Assembly (NCBI GenBank): GCA_964016885.1 | Contig: OZ024751.1 | Location: 26,660,001-26,724,000 of the forward strand | Direction of reading: 5' to 3' | Origin: Eledone cirrhosa | Taxonomy: Eukaryota | DNA: 64,000 nucleotides | Notes under the pieces: model-generated | Database searches by the model: none | What the model saw: the letters and a program-made list of their open reading frames with translations, nothing else | Told to the model about the DNA's origin: nothing | In this document: positions 46,581 through 62,935 of the stretch, in pieces | Numbering within the stretch: position 1 is the first letter of the stretch | Layout: the number at the start of each line of letters is the position of its first letter | Program-made: the position numbers and the translations under genes

Positions 46581-46822
46581 GAAGGAGTGTAACGCGGAGT
46601 TACTGTAGGTTCACCCGGGTGAGCACTCGATGTTTAGGTCCACTTCAGTGTCGAGGTGTTGAGCTAGACAGAGAAAATTATAATAATACATCAGAGGTCC
46701 GACCACAGAGGTCCAACGATTTCAGACTCGGGCTAGATCGATACAGATCGAACCTTGAGCTGATCAGTAGCGAAACACGCGTCACCAACCAATAAACGTA
46801 ATAAACAGTCGTCCTTGTATTA
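46581..46822 (+). mobile_element. Family F6
   Basis: Homologous to 11322-11493. Confidence 0.7.
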
Positions 46823-46953
46823 TATATATATATTTTTCATTTATTAACATTTTAAATAATATTAAATACTCCAGGAAAATATCTTGTTGAGTGCTTCTAA
46901 TCTATTGTAAAATTGTATTTGTTGATTAATCAACGAACCATATTAATCTTTGG

Positions 46954-47001
<48 letters not shown>

Positions 47002-47011
<10 letters not shown>

Positions 47012-47194
47012 AGATCAAAAGATGGTTAAAGGAGTTCCATGTATTTTATTATGCGATTTCAAAAACAAATACATGGAACTCCTTTAACCATCTTTTGATC
47101 TTATATATTATGTATACTCCAGTCCTACAAACTGTAGAGTGCTTCTTATCCGATATCTGCATTGCTTTATTGTACTACAATAAAACACACCTCC

Positions 47195-47198
<4 letters not shown>
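47002..47198 (+). mobile_element. TA-embedded fold-back family F5
   Basis: ~45-bp inverted arms, tail with tgtagagtgc. Confidence 0.7.
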
Positions 47199-47689
<491 letters not shown>

Positions 47690-47834
47690 TAAAGAGTTAA
47701 ACAAGATTCGATGAGTACATCAAAGAATAAGTTTTACAGTAGATTGGAAGCACTCTACAATGAAAAATATTTTCCAGAGTTAATAATATTAAAATACAAA
47801 TATTAATAAAATAGATGTTCTTTTGATCAATTAA

Positions 47835-47887
47835 ATTTTATTATACATATTTCAGAGGTACAACAGTACGTCCTCATCAGACAAAAT
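47835..47887 (-). ncRNA. Type I hammerhead ribozyme motif
   Basis: ATTTTGT-CTGATGA-ggacGTAC tgtt GTACctct-GAAA-TATGTA-TA-ATAAAAT. Confidence 0.7.
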
Positions 47888-48854
47888 ATAATGATACATG
47901 ACATACCCTGAGATATTAAATGGTTAAGATTTAATCAAGGTAGTATGATAGAGTCGGGTACCTTTACTTAAACATCAGTCACGGGTGGAGTTGTTATTGA
48001 GTGGAATGTAGGCTTAATTAACAGTAACAGGTGGATTAATGATAGAGTTGTGTGTGATTAACTAACAATATTAACAAGCAGGGTGGACTGATGGTAAAGT
48101 TTGTGTGTGTTTAGTTAGCAAACAGTAACGGGTGGAGTAATGGTAGAGTTTATATGTGTTTAATTAGCCATTAGTATCAGATTATGTGTGTTTAATTAAC
48201 CACCAGTATCAGTTAGCTTTTGTTAAATAAGGAAACGTTACTATCTTCCATTTTAAGTGTGAAAACAGTTTCCGTTTGAATGAGAAACTAAGCTTGGTGG
48301 GAAGAAAGATGAAGAAGTTTGGAATTTAAAAGAACGGGGAAATGATACGTTGTGATGGGTTGAATCAACAGTGAAAAAAAGGGGGGTTTAAAATAGTTGT
48401 TAATGAAAATAAATAGTCAAAAATAAAAGAAGAGAAAAAATGACAAGAACAAGAAAAACAAGGAAAAGGAAAAGAAAAGATGGTGATTTAATTCTCTCAG
48501 ATTAATCTGGTCTAATAGAGTTGTTTCTCATTTGTAAAAGGGTTTTTATTATTTTTTATACTCGGAGCAGCGATGTTGTCATAAACCTGCCTGACTGTAC
48601 AATGCTATTTGGCATGATGTCATTTAGACCTAAATATCTACCCGAAAACCTCTGAAAAGTAAATACAAAAATATCTTAAGCAAACCAACAAGAATCTTGT
48701 TTTTTAATATAAATTTTCATGAAGCTAAATAAAAAGACACTGACAAAACGCCATCATGTTCTCTCTAAAGTAAATAGTTGGATTTCTAAATGTATAAAGC
48801 AGAAAAATGTCGAAAATAAAAGCTAACGAGAAAAGCAACTCGACATATATTGAA

Positions 48855-48911
<57 letters not shown>

Positions 48912-48946
48912 ATACCTACATACACATATATATATATACATACATA

Positions 48947-49053
<107 letters not shown>

Positions 49054-49635
49054 CTATACTATCTTTAACAGTTTTTTTTTTTTTTACTTTTAGTATTGTA
49101 GTCCTGCTAAAGAAAATAGACCGTCATTTACGCGGTCATTATTAACGTCTGCAGAACATATTCCTATGTCCCCCACTGGTTCGGTAAATATCGCTAGTTT
49201 TTCGACTGGAAATAAATTTTCCCAAGATGACACCCGTTCTTGCAGTTCTGCTACTCCGATCTCTACTTTATTTAATAATAATACCACCCAGTTACCTATC
49301 TATTTCTTACTTAACCTTTATTCTATAGCAGTTCAATTGAATTTCTGAATCAATTATTTATTTATTTATATATATTTATTTATTTATTTAGCTATTTATT
49401 TGTTCTAACTTTCCAGATGTTTCTAGATTATTATCCACATTTTAACAAAGATTATTTAACTCGTTCAACCGACGTCAAAACCGTCTCTACCACTCATTAA
49501 TGGCTTCCCAATTGATGGAAAATAAACCTGTTTTCTAGCAAACCATTCACGATAAACATATAAATAATTACTTATCCCACGCACCAGGCACATTACACAC
49601 ACACACGCACACACACACACACGCACACACACATG

Positions 49636-49725
<90 letters not shown>

Positions 49726-49815
49726 GATTAGATGTTACTAGTTAGATGAAAAGTAAGACCGTTATTGAACTTTAAAGGAATTTGAGTGGAGATATTATTT
49801 AACGCATGTATTACA

Positions 49816-49860
<45 letters not shown>

Positions 49861-49942
49861 CGTCAGTCGATCGATTTTCGTCACACACATACACACACAT
49901 ACACACACACACATATATATATATATACATATAAATATATAC

Positions 49943-50026
<84 letters not shown>

Positions 50027-50118
50027 CCTTATATATATGTGGTTGACAGCTGAGACAAAAGGGTACTCAATACCGAAGTAGAGTTTTAATATACATTTTC
50101 TTAAGGCTAAACAGTGAG

Positions 50119-50168
50119 TCTTGTTACTGTGGAGTTTCGCCTGTTTATCACAGGCTCATCAGACAAGA
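50119..50168 (-). ncRNA. Canonical type I hammerhead ribozyme
   Basis: TCTTGT-CTGATGA-GCCTGT gataa ACAGGC-GAAA-CT ccac AG-TA-ACAAGA; all three stems are Watson-Crick, GUA site. Confidence 0.85.
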
Positions 50169-50646
50169 ACTAATGTTTCAATAGCAGACGCAGTAAACTT
50201 GAGGTGGAGGAGGGGGGTTAATTGAGGAGGGGCAATTAAGATAGGGTGGTGGGTGGAGGAGGTCTGTGTGAAGGAGGAGATGATAATAGGTGATAATGGA
50301 CATATAATTTTAACTGGTCAGTTACAGGCAGGTGATGAAGGTGGGGGTATGGGGGTAGTGAAAAGGGGGTGGGTGAGGTTGGCAGGATGCAATGGTGGAT
50401 AGATTATACATATGTATGCAATTACACATGAACGCACAAATACATAAATATACATACATATAACCGTATATACACACATATACAATCACAGGTGAATAAA
50501 TATATATGTACACACAAAAGACGTACAAGAATATATATAAATATTTATTAAAAAATTATAAAAAAACTGTATATATATATATACACACATACGTAAACAC
50601 ACACACACACAGACACACACACACACATATACATAAATACATAAAT

Positions 50647-50834
50647 AATTGTTTCTACTTTTGGCACAAGGCTAGCAATTACCCAGTGCATTGCTGGTAC
50701 TTTATTTTATCGACCCCGTAAGGATGAAAGGTAAAGTCAACCTCGGCGGGATTTGAACTCAGATCGTAAAGGGACGTAGCTATGCTGGAAAGCATGGCGT
50801 CCGACCCTCTACCGACACTGCCAATCCACCGCCC
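50647..50834 (-). mobile_element. SINE family A, full length
   Basis: Reverse complement of the 33815 copy. Confidence 0.88.
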
Positions 50835-51421
50835 ATAAATACATAATAAATACATAAATAATAGATTGGTAAAGTTTAAATAAATATATAAAGCCAACAT
50901 TAACCCGACAGTTTCTGTTGCCATGTCAATATTTGTTTGAAAAATATTGTATTTGACATTCTTCAAAGTAGTTCCTCAATTAAGAATTACAGTTGAAGTC
51001 AAAACAATCGCTTGTACGAAATCTAATGAGAGCAATGGTGTTTAGATTTTAATAATGACAGTCGGATTTTGAAATAGTAAAATAAATTACTACAAAGGGA
51101 GTTAATAACATAAAGGAGGTAATTAAAGAAATATTAACATTTTTCAATGAATTTATATCCTTAGGTTATTTAAATCTTTATATAATTAATCAATTTATTA
51201 ATTAATATATTTATTTATTATTTAAATTTATTCATTTATTAATTTTATTTATTTAATATTTTTTATTATTATTTAATCCTTTTCCAAATTATATAAAGAG
51301 TGATAAATTATTAATTTAGAGAGGAATTTATTCAGTAGTTGATAATTTATGGTGGAATAAAATATGTTATGGGCACTATTCCAAGCTACCTAATTTATGT
51401 TATATTTATTTAGAAAAAAAG

Positions 51422-51469
<48 letters not shown>

Positions 51470-51759
51470 AGTTGACGTACCCAGAATATTTATCAATGCC
51501 AAGACCGGTTGTATCTCAGCGTACTCAATAGGCAATGTAAGATACATTTCCAGAGTATACACATAGTTATTCGCTTCAATACAACACACGTAAAACGGGT
51601 GCCTATATATACAAGTCAACACCACCACCAGCTCTCTCTCTCTCTTACATTTCCCTTCTTTATTTTTTTAATTCTTACTGTTTTGTCCTGGAACTAAGTA
51701 CAAAAACCAGGGACAATATTTCTTCTTCTTTACTGGCCTCCAAGACAGGGTGATGTTGA

Positions 51760-52250
51760 GAGGAAGTTATTCGGAGACTTGGCATTAATTATTGCAACAG
51801 AGTGAACTCTACTATGTGCATTCAACGGCGAGGTGGCGGTCATAAACTTTACCCCCGGATTAAGTATCATACCTAAAGCTTTATAGTATAAAACAAAAGT
51901 TGTTTTCCTAAAGCTATAAAATGTATGCAATGCTGCAAATATGAGGTGTCGACCGTATCAGCTAACAAGGTTTTGTTCATTAATTGTAGTTTTACATGTG
52001 TCTGCTGTCTCGAGACCATTCTTTTGGGGGATTATCAGATTTTCCTTTAATTCCATTCTGTATTCTTCATTTCCTTTCTCGAGTTAAATCTATGCTCAAA
52101 GTTTCGTCTCCAGAAAATGTCACGCTTGTATTTCTTGGTGACGTTGACTCACAGATGCACAAGCTGAACACGAACCGTATCAATCTTATTAATCAAAGTC
52201 CTGTCAAATTCATAGGCGTTGCCCCTTCCACCTGACTAAATCATAACAAA
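51760..52250 (+). pseudogene. Possible LINE AP-endonuclease remnant
   Basis: Scattered motifs in the expected order: LIIATE, QRRGGG.KLY, ETILLGDY; heavily frameshifted. Confidence 0.3.
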
Positions 52251-52401
52251 GAATCTCTTTAAACCCCAATTCCATCCCAGCTTCATCCATTTGTGAATTT
52301 CTTTTTTTAACAATTAATCAGAAAATAAAGGGCAGTGCCTATCACTTTGAACATGTGCAATTCTTTAAATACTGCGCCATTTAAATATATATATAGATAC
52401 C

Positions 52402-52469
<68 letters not shown>

Positions 52470-52894
52470 CTTGCTGTAGCGTTACATCCAACGTTATCTG
52501 TCCAGATTTCCATCTCATTAAATTTAGATTTTCATCGGATGTTTGCTTTTCCTACTGTTTAGTCAGAAAAGGAAGGGCAATGCCTGTGAATTTCTTCAGG
52601 GTTTTCAGGATTCTGAAATTGATTAGAGGAGAGAAGAAAGTTATCCTTAAACTTAAATCGGAGACTTTATCCGAATGCTGGCCCCAAGGTGTTTATCCAT
52701 GGAAGGAAAGGCAGTTCCCATGACACTTTTTAGGGTTTCCAAGATTCATGGGATAGAGGTAGAAACGTATCTTCAAATCAGAGAGCTGGTCCTAATGCTT
52801 GCAACATTGTAGACTCTGCTAAAATCAAAGTTCGGGTGGTGGTGTTAGACCTGGCCATAGATGTAGTCTATCATTCAAGGGTCGGGTGGTGGTG

Positions 52895-53125
52895 TTAAAC
52901 ACTCCACCCCATTAGAACACTCCACAAGAATACTCCACTCCACCCCGACACTCTACTCCATACGAACACTGCACTCCATCAGAACACTCCACTCCACTCC
53001 ACCAGAACATTGTACTCCATCCGAACACTCCACCACAACACTCCACTCCATCAGAACACTCCACTCCATCACAACACTCCACTCCACTCCATCCCAACAC
53101 TCCACTCCACCAGAACACTCCACTT
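52895..53125 (+). repeat. Degenerate (actccactccatcagaac)n repeat
   Basis: Directly visible. Confidence 0.85.
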
Positions 53126-53224
53126 GACATAGCTGTAGTGCTAACTAAACCAGACAGTAATTTACCTTTGAATATAACTGAAGTTTATCTCGGGTAAATC
53201 CTAAGGAGTCCTAATATCTACATC

Positions 53225-53625
53225 ACAGTTAACAGTCCAGCAACAGTGGGTAACATACCCACATCTACACCAGAGTTAACAGTCCAGCTAGGGTGGGTAA
53301 CATACCCACACCTACACCACTATGGGTAACATACCCACATCTTCACCACTGTTAACAGTCCAGCCACAGAGGGTAACATACCCACATCTACACCAGAGTT
53401 AACAGTCCAGCTAGGGTGGGTAACATACCCACACCTACACCACTATGGGTAACATACCCACATCTTCACCACTGTTAACAGTCCAGCCACAGAGGGTAAC
53501 ATACCCACATCTACACCAGAGTTAACAGTCCAGCTAGGGTGGGTAACATACCCACACCTACACCACAATGGGTAACATACCCACATCTTCACCACGGTTA
53601 ACAGTCCAGCCACAGAGGGTAACAG
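53225..53625 (+). repeat. Minisatellite with ~121-bp higher-order unit (~3 copies)
   Basis: Subunits gggtaacatacccaca..cacca and gttaacagtccagc. Confidence 0.9.
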
Positions 53626-53710
53626 ATCCTCGTCTTAAGAGCCGATAAACTATAACTTATCCATTCAGCCAAGTCAAGATTTATAAACTAAAGAACGTTC
53701 ATATTTATAT

Positions 53711-53843
53711 AATTGTTTCTACTTTAGGCACAAGGCCAGCAAATACTCAGTGTATTACTGGTACTTTATTTTATCGACCCGGTAAGGATGAAAGGCAAAG
53801 TTAACTTCGACGGGATTTGAACTCAGACCCTAAAGGGACGTAT
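53711..53843 (-). mobile_element. SINE family A, 3' part
   Basis: Body match. Confidence 0.85.
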
Positions 53844-54626
53844 TTATATAATATATATTATTATATTTCTCTATATTTTTATATATTTAGTATTTGATCT
53901 CAATTGAAACCCCTAACTCAGTAGTAGCTCATGAAGTCTAAGCAACTTTCTTCAGTGTCTGTCATGTCCTCTTCTGGTAGTCAGCCATTTTATCTCTGAA
54001 TCAGTCATATATGTGGACACTACAGTAAAACCAGTGAAGGGGTAGGACTAGGGTTCAAATCAAGCTGCCACCAGCCCCTCGTGGTACATTATTTGAACTC
54101 CCCTTCTGAAGTGTTTAACTTTTCATTTTTTTTTCTTTTACCAACCCTGAGCAGCAGCCATCTTACCCCTTCTCCTACCACCCACATACACCCGACTGTC
54201 GCCATCTGTTTGTTCCCATTCCAAAGTTTCCCACCCAGAGTCTACTGCTATTACTGGGGAATTTACTAGAAAACGAAAATGAGTGGCTACAATGTAGACT
54301 AAGACTAAATAAAAGAAGCGACAAAACATTACTTATGGAAGAAGTGTGAGCCACTGTGACTCCATTTTTGTAGTCACCCCTTGGGGCTACTTTTACACTT
54401 TCGTACTTTCGTACTTTTCACACTCATACAGATTCAATTCTATCCCCCTCCTTCTCATGTCTTCTACTCTCCCTTCTCCTCTTATAGTTCAACTGTTAAC
54501 ATGATCTGTTTGTCTCACAACACCATCACCATCAGCGCCATAAGGCAACTGTTGTTGGATTGATAGCGTGGTTGTTGTGTTTGTTTATATGTCCGAACGA
54601 GACATAAATACATGCATACACTCTTA

Positions 54627-54668
<42 letters not shown>

Positions 54669-54786
54669 CACACACACACACACATATATATATATACACA
54701 CACACACACACAGAAACACACACAGACATACAGACAGACACACACACACAGGCACCCACACAAATGCGTACACATTCCCTCCCTTT

Positions 54787-54861
<75 letters not shown>

Positions 54862-55578
54862 TATATGTATGTATGTATAACTGTGTGTATATAAAACGAA
54901 ATTAGATTAGGAATTTAATGATACTTTTGTGCAACAGTTTAGAACACAAAGAGACCAAATGAAAATATTCCCTGTGTAAGACATTGAAACATATTTACTG
55001 ACACACACAGGCAGACATATAGGCACATACACATACACATACATAGACACACACACAGGCAGACATATAGACACATACACATACACATACATAGACACAC
55101 ACACACAGGCAGCCATATAGGCACATACACATACACATACATAGACACACACACACAGGCAGACATATAGGCACATACACATACACATACATAGACACAC
55201 ACACACACACACACACACACAGGCAGCCATATAGGCACATACACATACACATACATAGACACACACACAGGCAGACATATAGGCACATATACATACATAG
55301 ACACACATAGACACACACACACAGGCAGATATATAGGCACATACACATACAGACACACACACATACACACACATAGACAGACACATAGGCACACACACAG
55401 ACAAACACAGGCATGCACACATATACTCACACATACAGACAGACATACACACACAGGCTCACAGAGAGACGCACATATTTAGGCAATTTTCCTAATATAT
55501 ATATATATATATAAGCACACACCATATATATATATATATACACACACACGATAGATTGAAATTTTGCACGCGCACATT

Positions 55579-55713
<135 letters not shown>

Positions 55714-57568
55714 GTTATTTATCAATGTATGACTCAATGTATTTTATGTCCGATTTCTTTCGGCTATAAGAAAAACAAAAATTTGCAAATGGCGACGGAG
55801 GCTATCGTCTGTCGTCGGCTATTTATTGGTACGTCTGCAGCAATTTATCCTATGTCCTCGGCTATTTATCGTACGTCTGCAACTATTTAGATATTTCCTG
55901 ATTATAATCTCAGGACTAGAACCAGATTTGCGGGTAAAAAGCCCTCGCTTCATATCTTATCTTTCAGGTTTGCATAAAAGGTTCAAAAGCAATGACTATC
56001 AAATTGACAGCAGGTTTCACGTTTGATTTGGTGGTGGTGATAGTGGTGGTGATGGTGTGGTGGTGGTGATGGTGGTGATAGGTGGTGGTGGTGATGGTGT
56101 GGTGGTGGTGGTTGTGGTGATAGTGGTGGTGATGGTGTGGTGGTGGTGATGGTGGTGATAGGTGGTGGTGGTGATGGTGTGGTGGTGGTGGTGATAGGTG
56201 GTGGTGGTGAGTGTGGTGGTGATGGTAGTGGTGATGGTGTGGTGGTGGTGGCGGTGGTGGTGATAGTTGGTAGTGGCAGTGGTGGTGGTGATAGTGGTGG
56301 TGATGGTGTGGTCGTGGTGGTGGTGATAGGTGGTGGTGATGGTGTGGTGGTGGTGGTGGTGTGGTGGTGGTGGTGGTGGTGGTGATAGGTGGTGGTGATG
56401 GTGTGGTGGTGGTGATGGTAGTGATAGGTGGTGGTGGTGATGGTGTGGTGGTGGTGGTGATAGGTGGTGGTGATGGTGGTGATAGGTGGTGGTGGTGAGT
56501 GTGGTGGTGATGGTAGTGGTGATGGTGTGGTGGTGGTGGCGGTGGTGGTGATAGTTGGTAGTGACAGTGGTGGTGGTGATAGTGGTGGTGATGGTGTGGT
56601 CGTGGTGGTGGTGATAGGTGGTGGTGATGGTGTGGTGGTGGTGGTGGTGGTGATAGGTGGTGGTGAAGGTGTGGTGGTGGTGGTGAGTGTGGTGGTGAGT
56701 GTGGTGGTGATGGTAGTGGTGGTGGTGATAGTTGGTAGTGACAGTGGTGGTGGTGATAGGTGGTGGTGATAGTGGTGGTGATGGTGTGGTGGTGGTGGTG
56801 GTGGTGGTGATAGGTGGTGGTGGTGGTGGTGAGAGTGGTGGTGATAGTAGTGGTGGTGGTGATAGGTGGTGGTGGTGGTGATAGTGGTGGTGATGGTGTG
56901 GTGGTGGTGGTGGTGATAGGTAGTGGTGATGGTGGTGATAGTAGTGGTAGTGGTGATAGGTGGTAGTAATAGTTGGTAGTGGCGGTGGTGATGGTGGTAG
57001 TGGTTGTGTTGGTGGCGATAGTTGGTAGTGGTGGTTGTGGTGGTAGTGGTGGTGATGGTGGTAGTGGCGGTGATGGTGGTGGTGGTGGGAGTGGTGGTGC
57101 TGATTGTAGTGGCGGTGGTGGTGGTGGTAGTGATGGTGGTGGTGGTGGTAGGGATGGTGGTGGTGGTGGTAGTGATGGTGGTGGTGGTGGAATTCCTTCG
57201 GAGTTTTTTTTATCACTGGTCAGTGATCAGCCATATTTGTTCCGCTTTCAGTTCAAACCCCACCGAGGTCCACATCGCCTTTCATCCTTTCGGACCAGAT
57301 GTGACCAGGTGAGACCAGTACTGACCAGATCCGATCACTCCAAAATGCATTAGAAGAGACCAGGTCAAACCAGTCAAGACAGGAGCAAAGTAGATCAGAC
57401 TGCATGTGACCAAGCCAAATCTGACCAGAATAGACCAGCTCAGTTTACGTATGACCAGTATTGACCAGAGCAGACCCCTGTACACCAGATAGCAGTGGAA
57501 CATTGGCAGGATAGATAGTCTATCGGAGAAGATAGCTTTTGGTGTTTGTTGTAACATTTTAGTCCTGA

Positions 57569-57784
57569 GTTTAAACCACTCTGTGACCTATTGGTGCGAT
57601 AGACTTACCTCGTTACCTGGTTTAAAACCACTCTGTGACCTATTGGTGCGATAGACTTACCTCGTTACCTGGTTTAAAACCACTCTGTGACCTATTGGTG
57701 CGATAGACTTAACTCGTTACCTGGTTTAAAACCACTCTGTGACCTATTGGTGCGATAGACTTACCTCGTTACCTGGTTTAAAAC
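57569..57784 (+). repeat. 52-bp tandem repeat, 4 copies
   Basis: ccactctgtgacctattggtgcgatagacttacctcgttacctggtttaaaa. Confidence 0.95.
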
Positions 57785-58289
57785 TGTGGCCATTGACTAC
57801 CTTTAGCGGAGTTCACGATATTGCTCTCACTCGCGTCCGTGATTTTCTGAGGGTCTCCCAATTATCAGGAGACATGCCCTTCATTGACTAAACAAACTTT
57901 CTTGCAAGCATTCAGACGTTGTCTGTGTTTAGTAGATACCTTTCTCCTTTCTTTATATCAATATCAGAATCTCGGAGGCGCTGAAAAGAGTCATCAACCT
58001 TGGCCCTCCTCCCTTTCTCAATAAAGTCTAATAAAAATAACAACAAAATAAATAAAGCAAAGTAAAATCTAAATTTAAAGAGATGAAAATGTGGAGAGAT
58101 AACGTTGGCTGTAAGACAACAACAATAGACATGAAACTAAAAGAAAATGGCGCACTATTAAAGGAATTACACATGTTCAGCAGAATGACAAAGACAAGAG
58201 CAGACGAAGAAAGTTTAGGGAAAAAAATATGAAACAATACATAGACGAGGTTAAGAAAATAAATAGTTGTGTTGGCTTCAAATGAATCA

Positions 58290-58357
<68 letters not shown>

Positions 58358-58435
58358 ATGTATTACCTCCTGTAATTTTTTCCTTCATGTATATATATAT
58401 AAATACATATATGTGTATGTATATATATATATGTA

Positions 58436-58466
<31 letters not shown>

Positions 58467-58729
58467 TGCTGCAGTTGTTGTTGTTGTTCTATTTGTTTTC
58501 TTTCAACCTTTATTTCCAGTTATATACATACACATGTATATATATATATATGTTATGTATATATATATATATATATATACATATATATACATAACATATA
58601 TATATATATACATACACATGTATATATATATATATGTTATGTATATATATATATATATATATACATATATATACATAACATATATATATATATACATACA
58701 CATGTATATATATATATATGTTATGTATA

Positions 58730-58766
<37 letters not shown>

Positions 58767-58818
58767 GTAAAATATGTGTATGTATGTATTACCTCCTGCA
58801 TTTCTTTCGTTCATTTTC

Positions 58819-58867
<49 letters not shown>

Positions 58868-58885
58868 AATATATATATATGTATG

Positions 58886-58975
<90 letters not shown>

Positions 58976-58989
58976 AATATATATATATG

Positions 58990-59034
<45 letters not shown>

Positions 59035-59113
59035 GTGTATGTATATAACTGGAAATAAATGTTGAAAGAAAACAAATAGAACAACAACAACAACTGCAGC
59101 AATAGCTACTGTT

Positions 59114-59299
<186 letters not shown>

Positions 59300-59708
59300 G
59301 TTAGAACGAGAAGAACAGCAACAACAATATGTTGCAACAAGAATCACAAAACATGGTTATTGTTAACAAGAACTGGGCCATTGCTCATCATACCACTACT
59401 ACCACCACCACTACCACTACTACTACCACTACTACTACCACTACTACTACTACCACTACTACCACCACCACTACCACTACTACTACCACTACTACTACCA
59501 CTACTACTACTACCACTACTACCACCACCACTACTACCACTACCACCACTACTACCACTACCACCAACACCACCACGACCAGCACCAGCACCACCGCCAC
59601 CACCACATGTGTGTCTGAGATTCTCTGCTGAGGTAGAACAGAACTCCACACAATAGAGAAAGTAGTTTGGGAGGGGGGGGGGGGATAACGAAATAACTAG
59701 TTTTACCA

Positions 59709-59965
59709 AAACAGATACACACATACACATATAAACAGATACACACATACACATATAAACAGATACACACATACACATATAAACAGATACACACATACAC
59801 ATATAAACAGATACACACACACATATAAACAGATACACACATACACATATAAACAGATACACACATACACATATAAACAGATACACACATACACATATAA
59901 ACAGATACACACATACACATATAAACAGATACACACATACACATATAAACAGATACACACATGCA
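59709..59965 (+). repeat. 24-bp minisatellite aaacagatacacacatacacatat
   Basis: About 10 tandem units. Confidence 0.9.
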
Positions 59966-60038
59966 CATTTAAACATACACACATACACATATAAACACAG
60001 ATATATGCACAAACCGCATATAAACAGATATGTATTGC

Positions 60039-60100
<62 letters not shown>

Positions 60101-60182
60101 ACACACACATATATATACATATATCCTGCATACATGCATACAAAAATATATATATATATATACATACGTATATATGTATGCA

Positions 60183-60250
<68 letters not shown>

Positions 60251-60252
<2 letters not shown>

Positions 60253-60459
60253 CGAAGGAGATGTGGTAAAGAACCAGATGGACCATAACGCACCAGAGTA
60301 CTTAGGGTAGTAGAGTGGGTAATAGGAAAAAGTATGACCCCGACGGCAGAGCTCAAGCCGTTTCGACGGCTATTTCTGGACGGCTATTTCGACGACTATT
60401 CTGTCCAGAAATAGCCGTCGAAACGGCTTGAGCTCTGCCGTCGGGGTCATACTTTTTCC

Positions 60460-60460
<1 letters not shown>
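60251..60460 (-). mobile_element. Family F2 fold-back
   Basis: Tail plus hairpin 60324-60460 with a duplicated loop segment. Confidence 0.8.
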
Positions 60461-60534
<74 letters not shown>

Positions 60535-61139
60535 CGTAATCCACCTGGTTTATGGTGGGGCTGATAACGTTGTTAGAACTCAATATGTCCTTGGAAGGAC
60601 AGCGACAGCTGTCCAGGCTACACAGTTATTTACATCTAATTTAATCACGTTTTTTTGCATTACATTTTACATAACATCTATCCATTTTACCACCACATAT
60701 CTCTCTACCATATTGCACGCCATTTTTAAAGTTTGAAACATTTCTAACACTTGTAACATGCTTTTACATGAAATATGCTTGTTTCATTTATTATATAACA
60801 CTTACCTCATACATGCTTTTATTAATTTTATTAACTTTTGCAATATATAACCTTAACATTACCTGATTACCAGTGCTATGATATCTTTATCTATCTTATC
60901 TTACATCTTTTTTTGATTGTATCTTTTGCACATGTATTACCTTAAATAATATATTTTTATATATAATATGCTTAATTTTTCACTTTTCATCATTGCTCAT
61001 TATACTGTGTTTTCTGTAGCATAACATTCTTTTATAACTCCTGATTTTCTATATGATGTCACTGACACTGACAATAGCTATGTATCTATCTAAATGTTCC
61101 GAAGACTAGGATTTTAATTACCTGTTTAAACATTCTCTA

Positions 61140-61186
61140 TGCTCCGATGATCCTAGACATCTGTCTGGAAGAAACAATTGTCAGCA
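61140..61186 (+). ncRNA. Minimal type I hammerhead-like motif, core CCGATGA
   Basis: TGCT-CCGATGA-TCCtAGAC atct GTCTGGAa-GAAA-CAATTG-TC-AGCA; GUC site. Confidence 0.65.
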
Positions 61187-61494
61187 ATTAAATGTATTAA
61201 ACTAAGATTTGATTGTTTTAATATTTTGATGTCATTTACATATATGTATTTGTGAACTAGCTACCTACGTCTGACTTCGGTTTTATTTTGTTCTATGCAA
61301 CCCCGCCCCATCACATATTTGAGTTTTTTTTGTGACTTTACTAGACCTTTTTTCTGTTTCTCCATTGTGATCCTGTCTCTATTTTGTACTCCTGAAGAAG
61401 GACTTAAGCCCGACACGTCCAACTTTCTTTCCTCTTTTCAATATAAAGCGGGAAACTAAAAGAACTATTTGTACCTCTGTTTGTTGTCTCCTTG

Positions 61495-61559
<65 letters not shown>

Positions 61560-61641
61560 AAAGGTAAAAAACAAAAACAATAACAAGGAGTGCAGTTACG
61601 AACAGTGTTGGTAATAGGTTCACGCTTGAGAGTGGCGAGTG

Positions 61642-61732
<91 letters not shown>

Positions 61733-61735
<3 letters not shown>

Positions 61736-61954
61736 GATGGAAGTGTGGTAAGGAACCATGTGGACCATAACGCACCAGAGTACTCGATACTATGGGTAAT
61801 AGAGTGGGTAATAGGAAAAGAGTCAGGACCCCGACGGCTGAGCTCCGACCGTTTCGACAGCTAGATCCGTACTTAATTCGGATTTAGCTGTCGAAACGGC
61901 CGGAGCTCAGCCGTCGGGGTCCTGACTCTTTTCCTATTACCCACTCTACTACCC

Positions 61955-61959
<5 letters not shown>
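61733..61959 (-). mobile_element. Family F2 fold-back, diverged subfamily
   Basis: ~75-bp arms around a loop at ~61870-61878. Confidence 0.8.
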
Positions 61960-62040
<81 letters not shown>

Positions 62041-62776
62041 ACAGACTCTCATTGTAGAAATGTCATTGAACTTTTTCTAGACTTCCCAATTGAGGTGTTT
62101 ATGAAATAGTCTTATGTACCACATGACATCACTTCTCAGTTCAGAGCAAAATAACAAAACTAAGAAATAAAAGACAAAAAACAAGAATGCAAAGCAAGCA
62201 ATATTATAGAAAACTAGAGGAAGAAATATGATGACATAAGATATTCTTAATATGAAAGTAGAGAGAAAATTAAACTAAATATCAAATATTATTATCAATA
62301 CACGCACTAAAGAGCAACCCGAAGGTGAAAATATCATCCATTGATAATAAACGACCTTCTAGTACAAACTACAATCAACAAATACACTCATTCACCAATC
62401 CCTGAACACCTTAAAGAAACATTTCTGCCAGGTTGTTCACATTAACCAATCAAAAGCCTCAGATTCATCAACTGTTAAAACGAGCGAAGCAGTTTTGTAA
62501 ACAAAATGGTGGCCGTATGTTAAGTTATCATAATGAAGGTCGTTTGTAAAGGCGGAAATGACAAGAATTTTGTAACATCCGCATTTTATTTATGTTGTAA
62601 ATATTATAGGGATTGAAACACACTTATCGGCCTTATAGGGGTCATTTAGTTCACATTATGAAACAGTACAAATACACTTAGAAATTGCAATACATTAATT
62701 CGTTTATACTTACATATATACAAACATATACACACACACATCTGCACTTTTATTTATATATATGTTATACATACGT

Positions 62777-62834
<58 letters not shown>

Positions 62835-62876
62835 TTGTGTGTATGTGTATGTGTGTTATACGTTTATACATATAAG

Positions 62877-62935
<59 letters not shown>

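Noticed and set aside
49090-49287. Host exon (65-aa ORF)
   Set aside because: No recognisable domain or supported splice context; the same applies to 8168-8320, 26600-26950 and 63680-63910.
56017-57216. 399-aa His/Thr/Pro-rich ORF
   Set aside because: (TGG)n compound repeat; no non-repetitive domain.
61388-61420. Hammerhead ctgaagaaggacttaagcccgacacgtc
   Set aside because: GAAA is mutated to GACA and stem I is missing; at most a decayed remnant.
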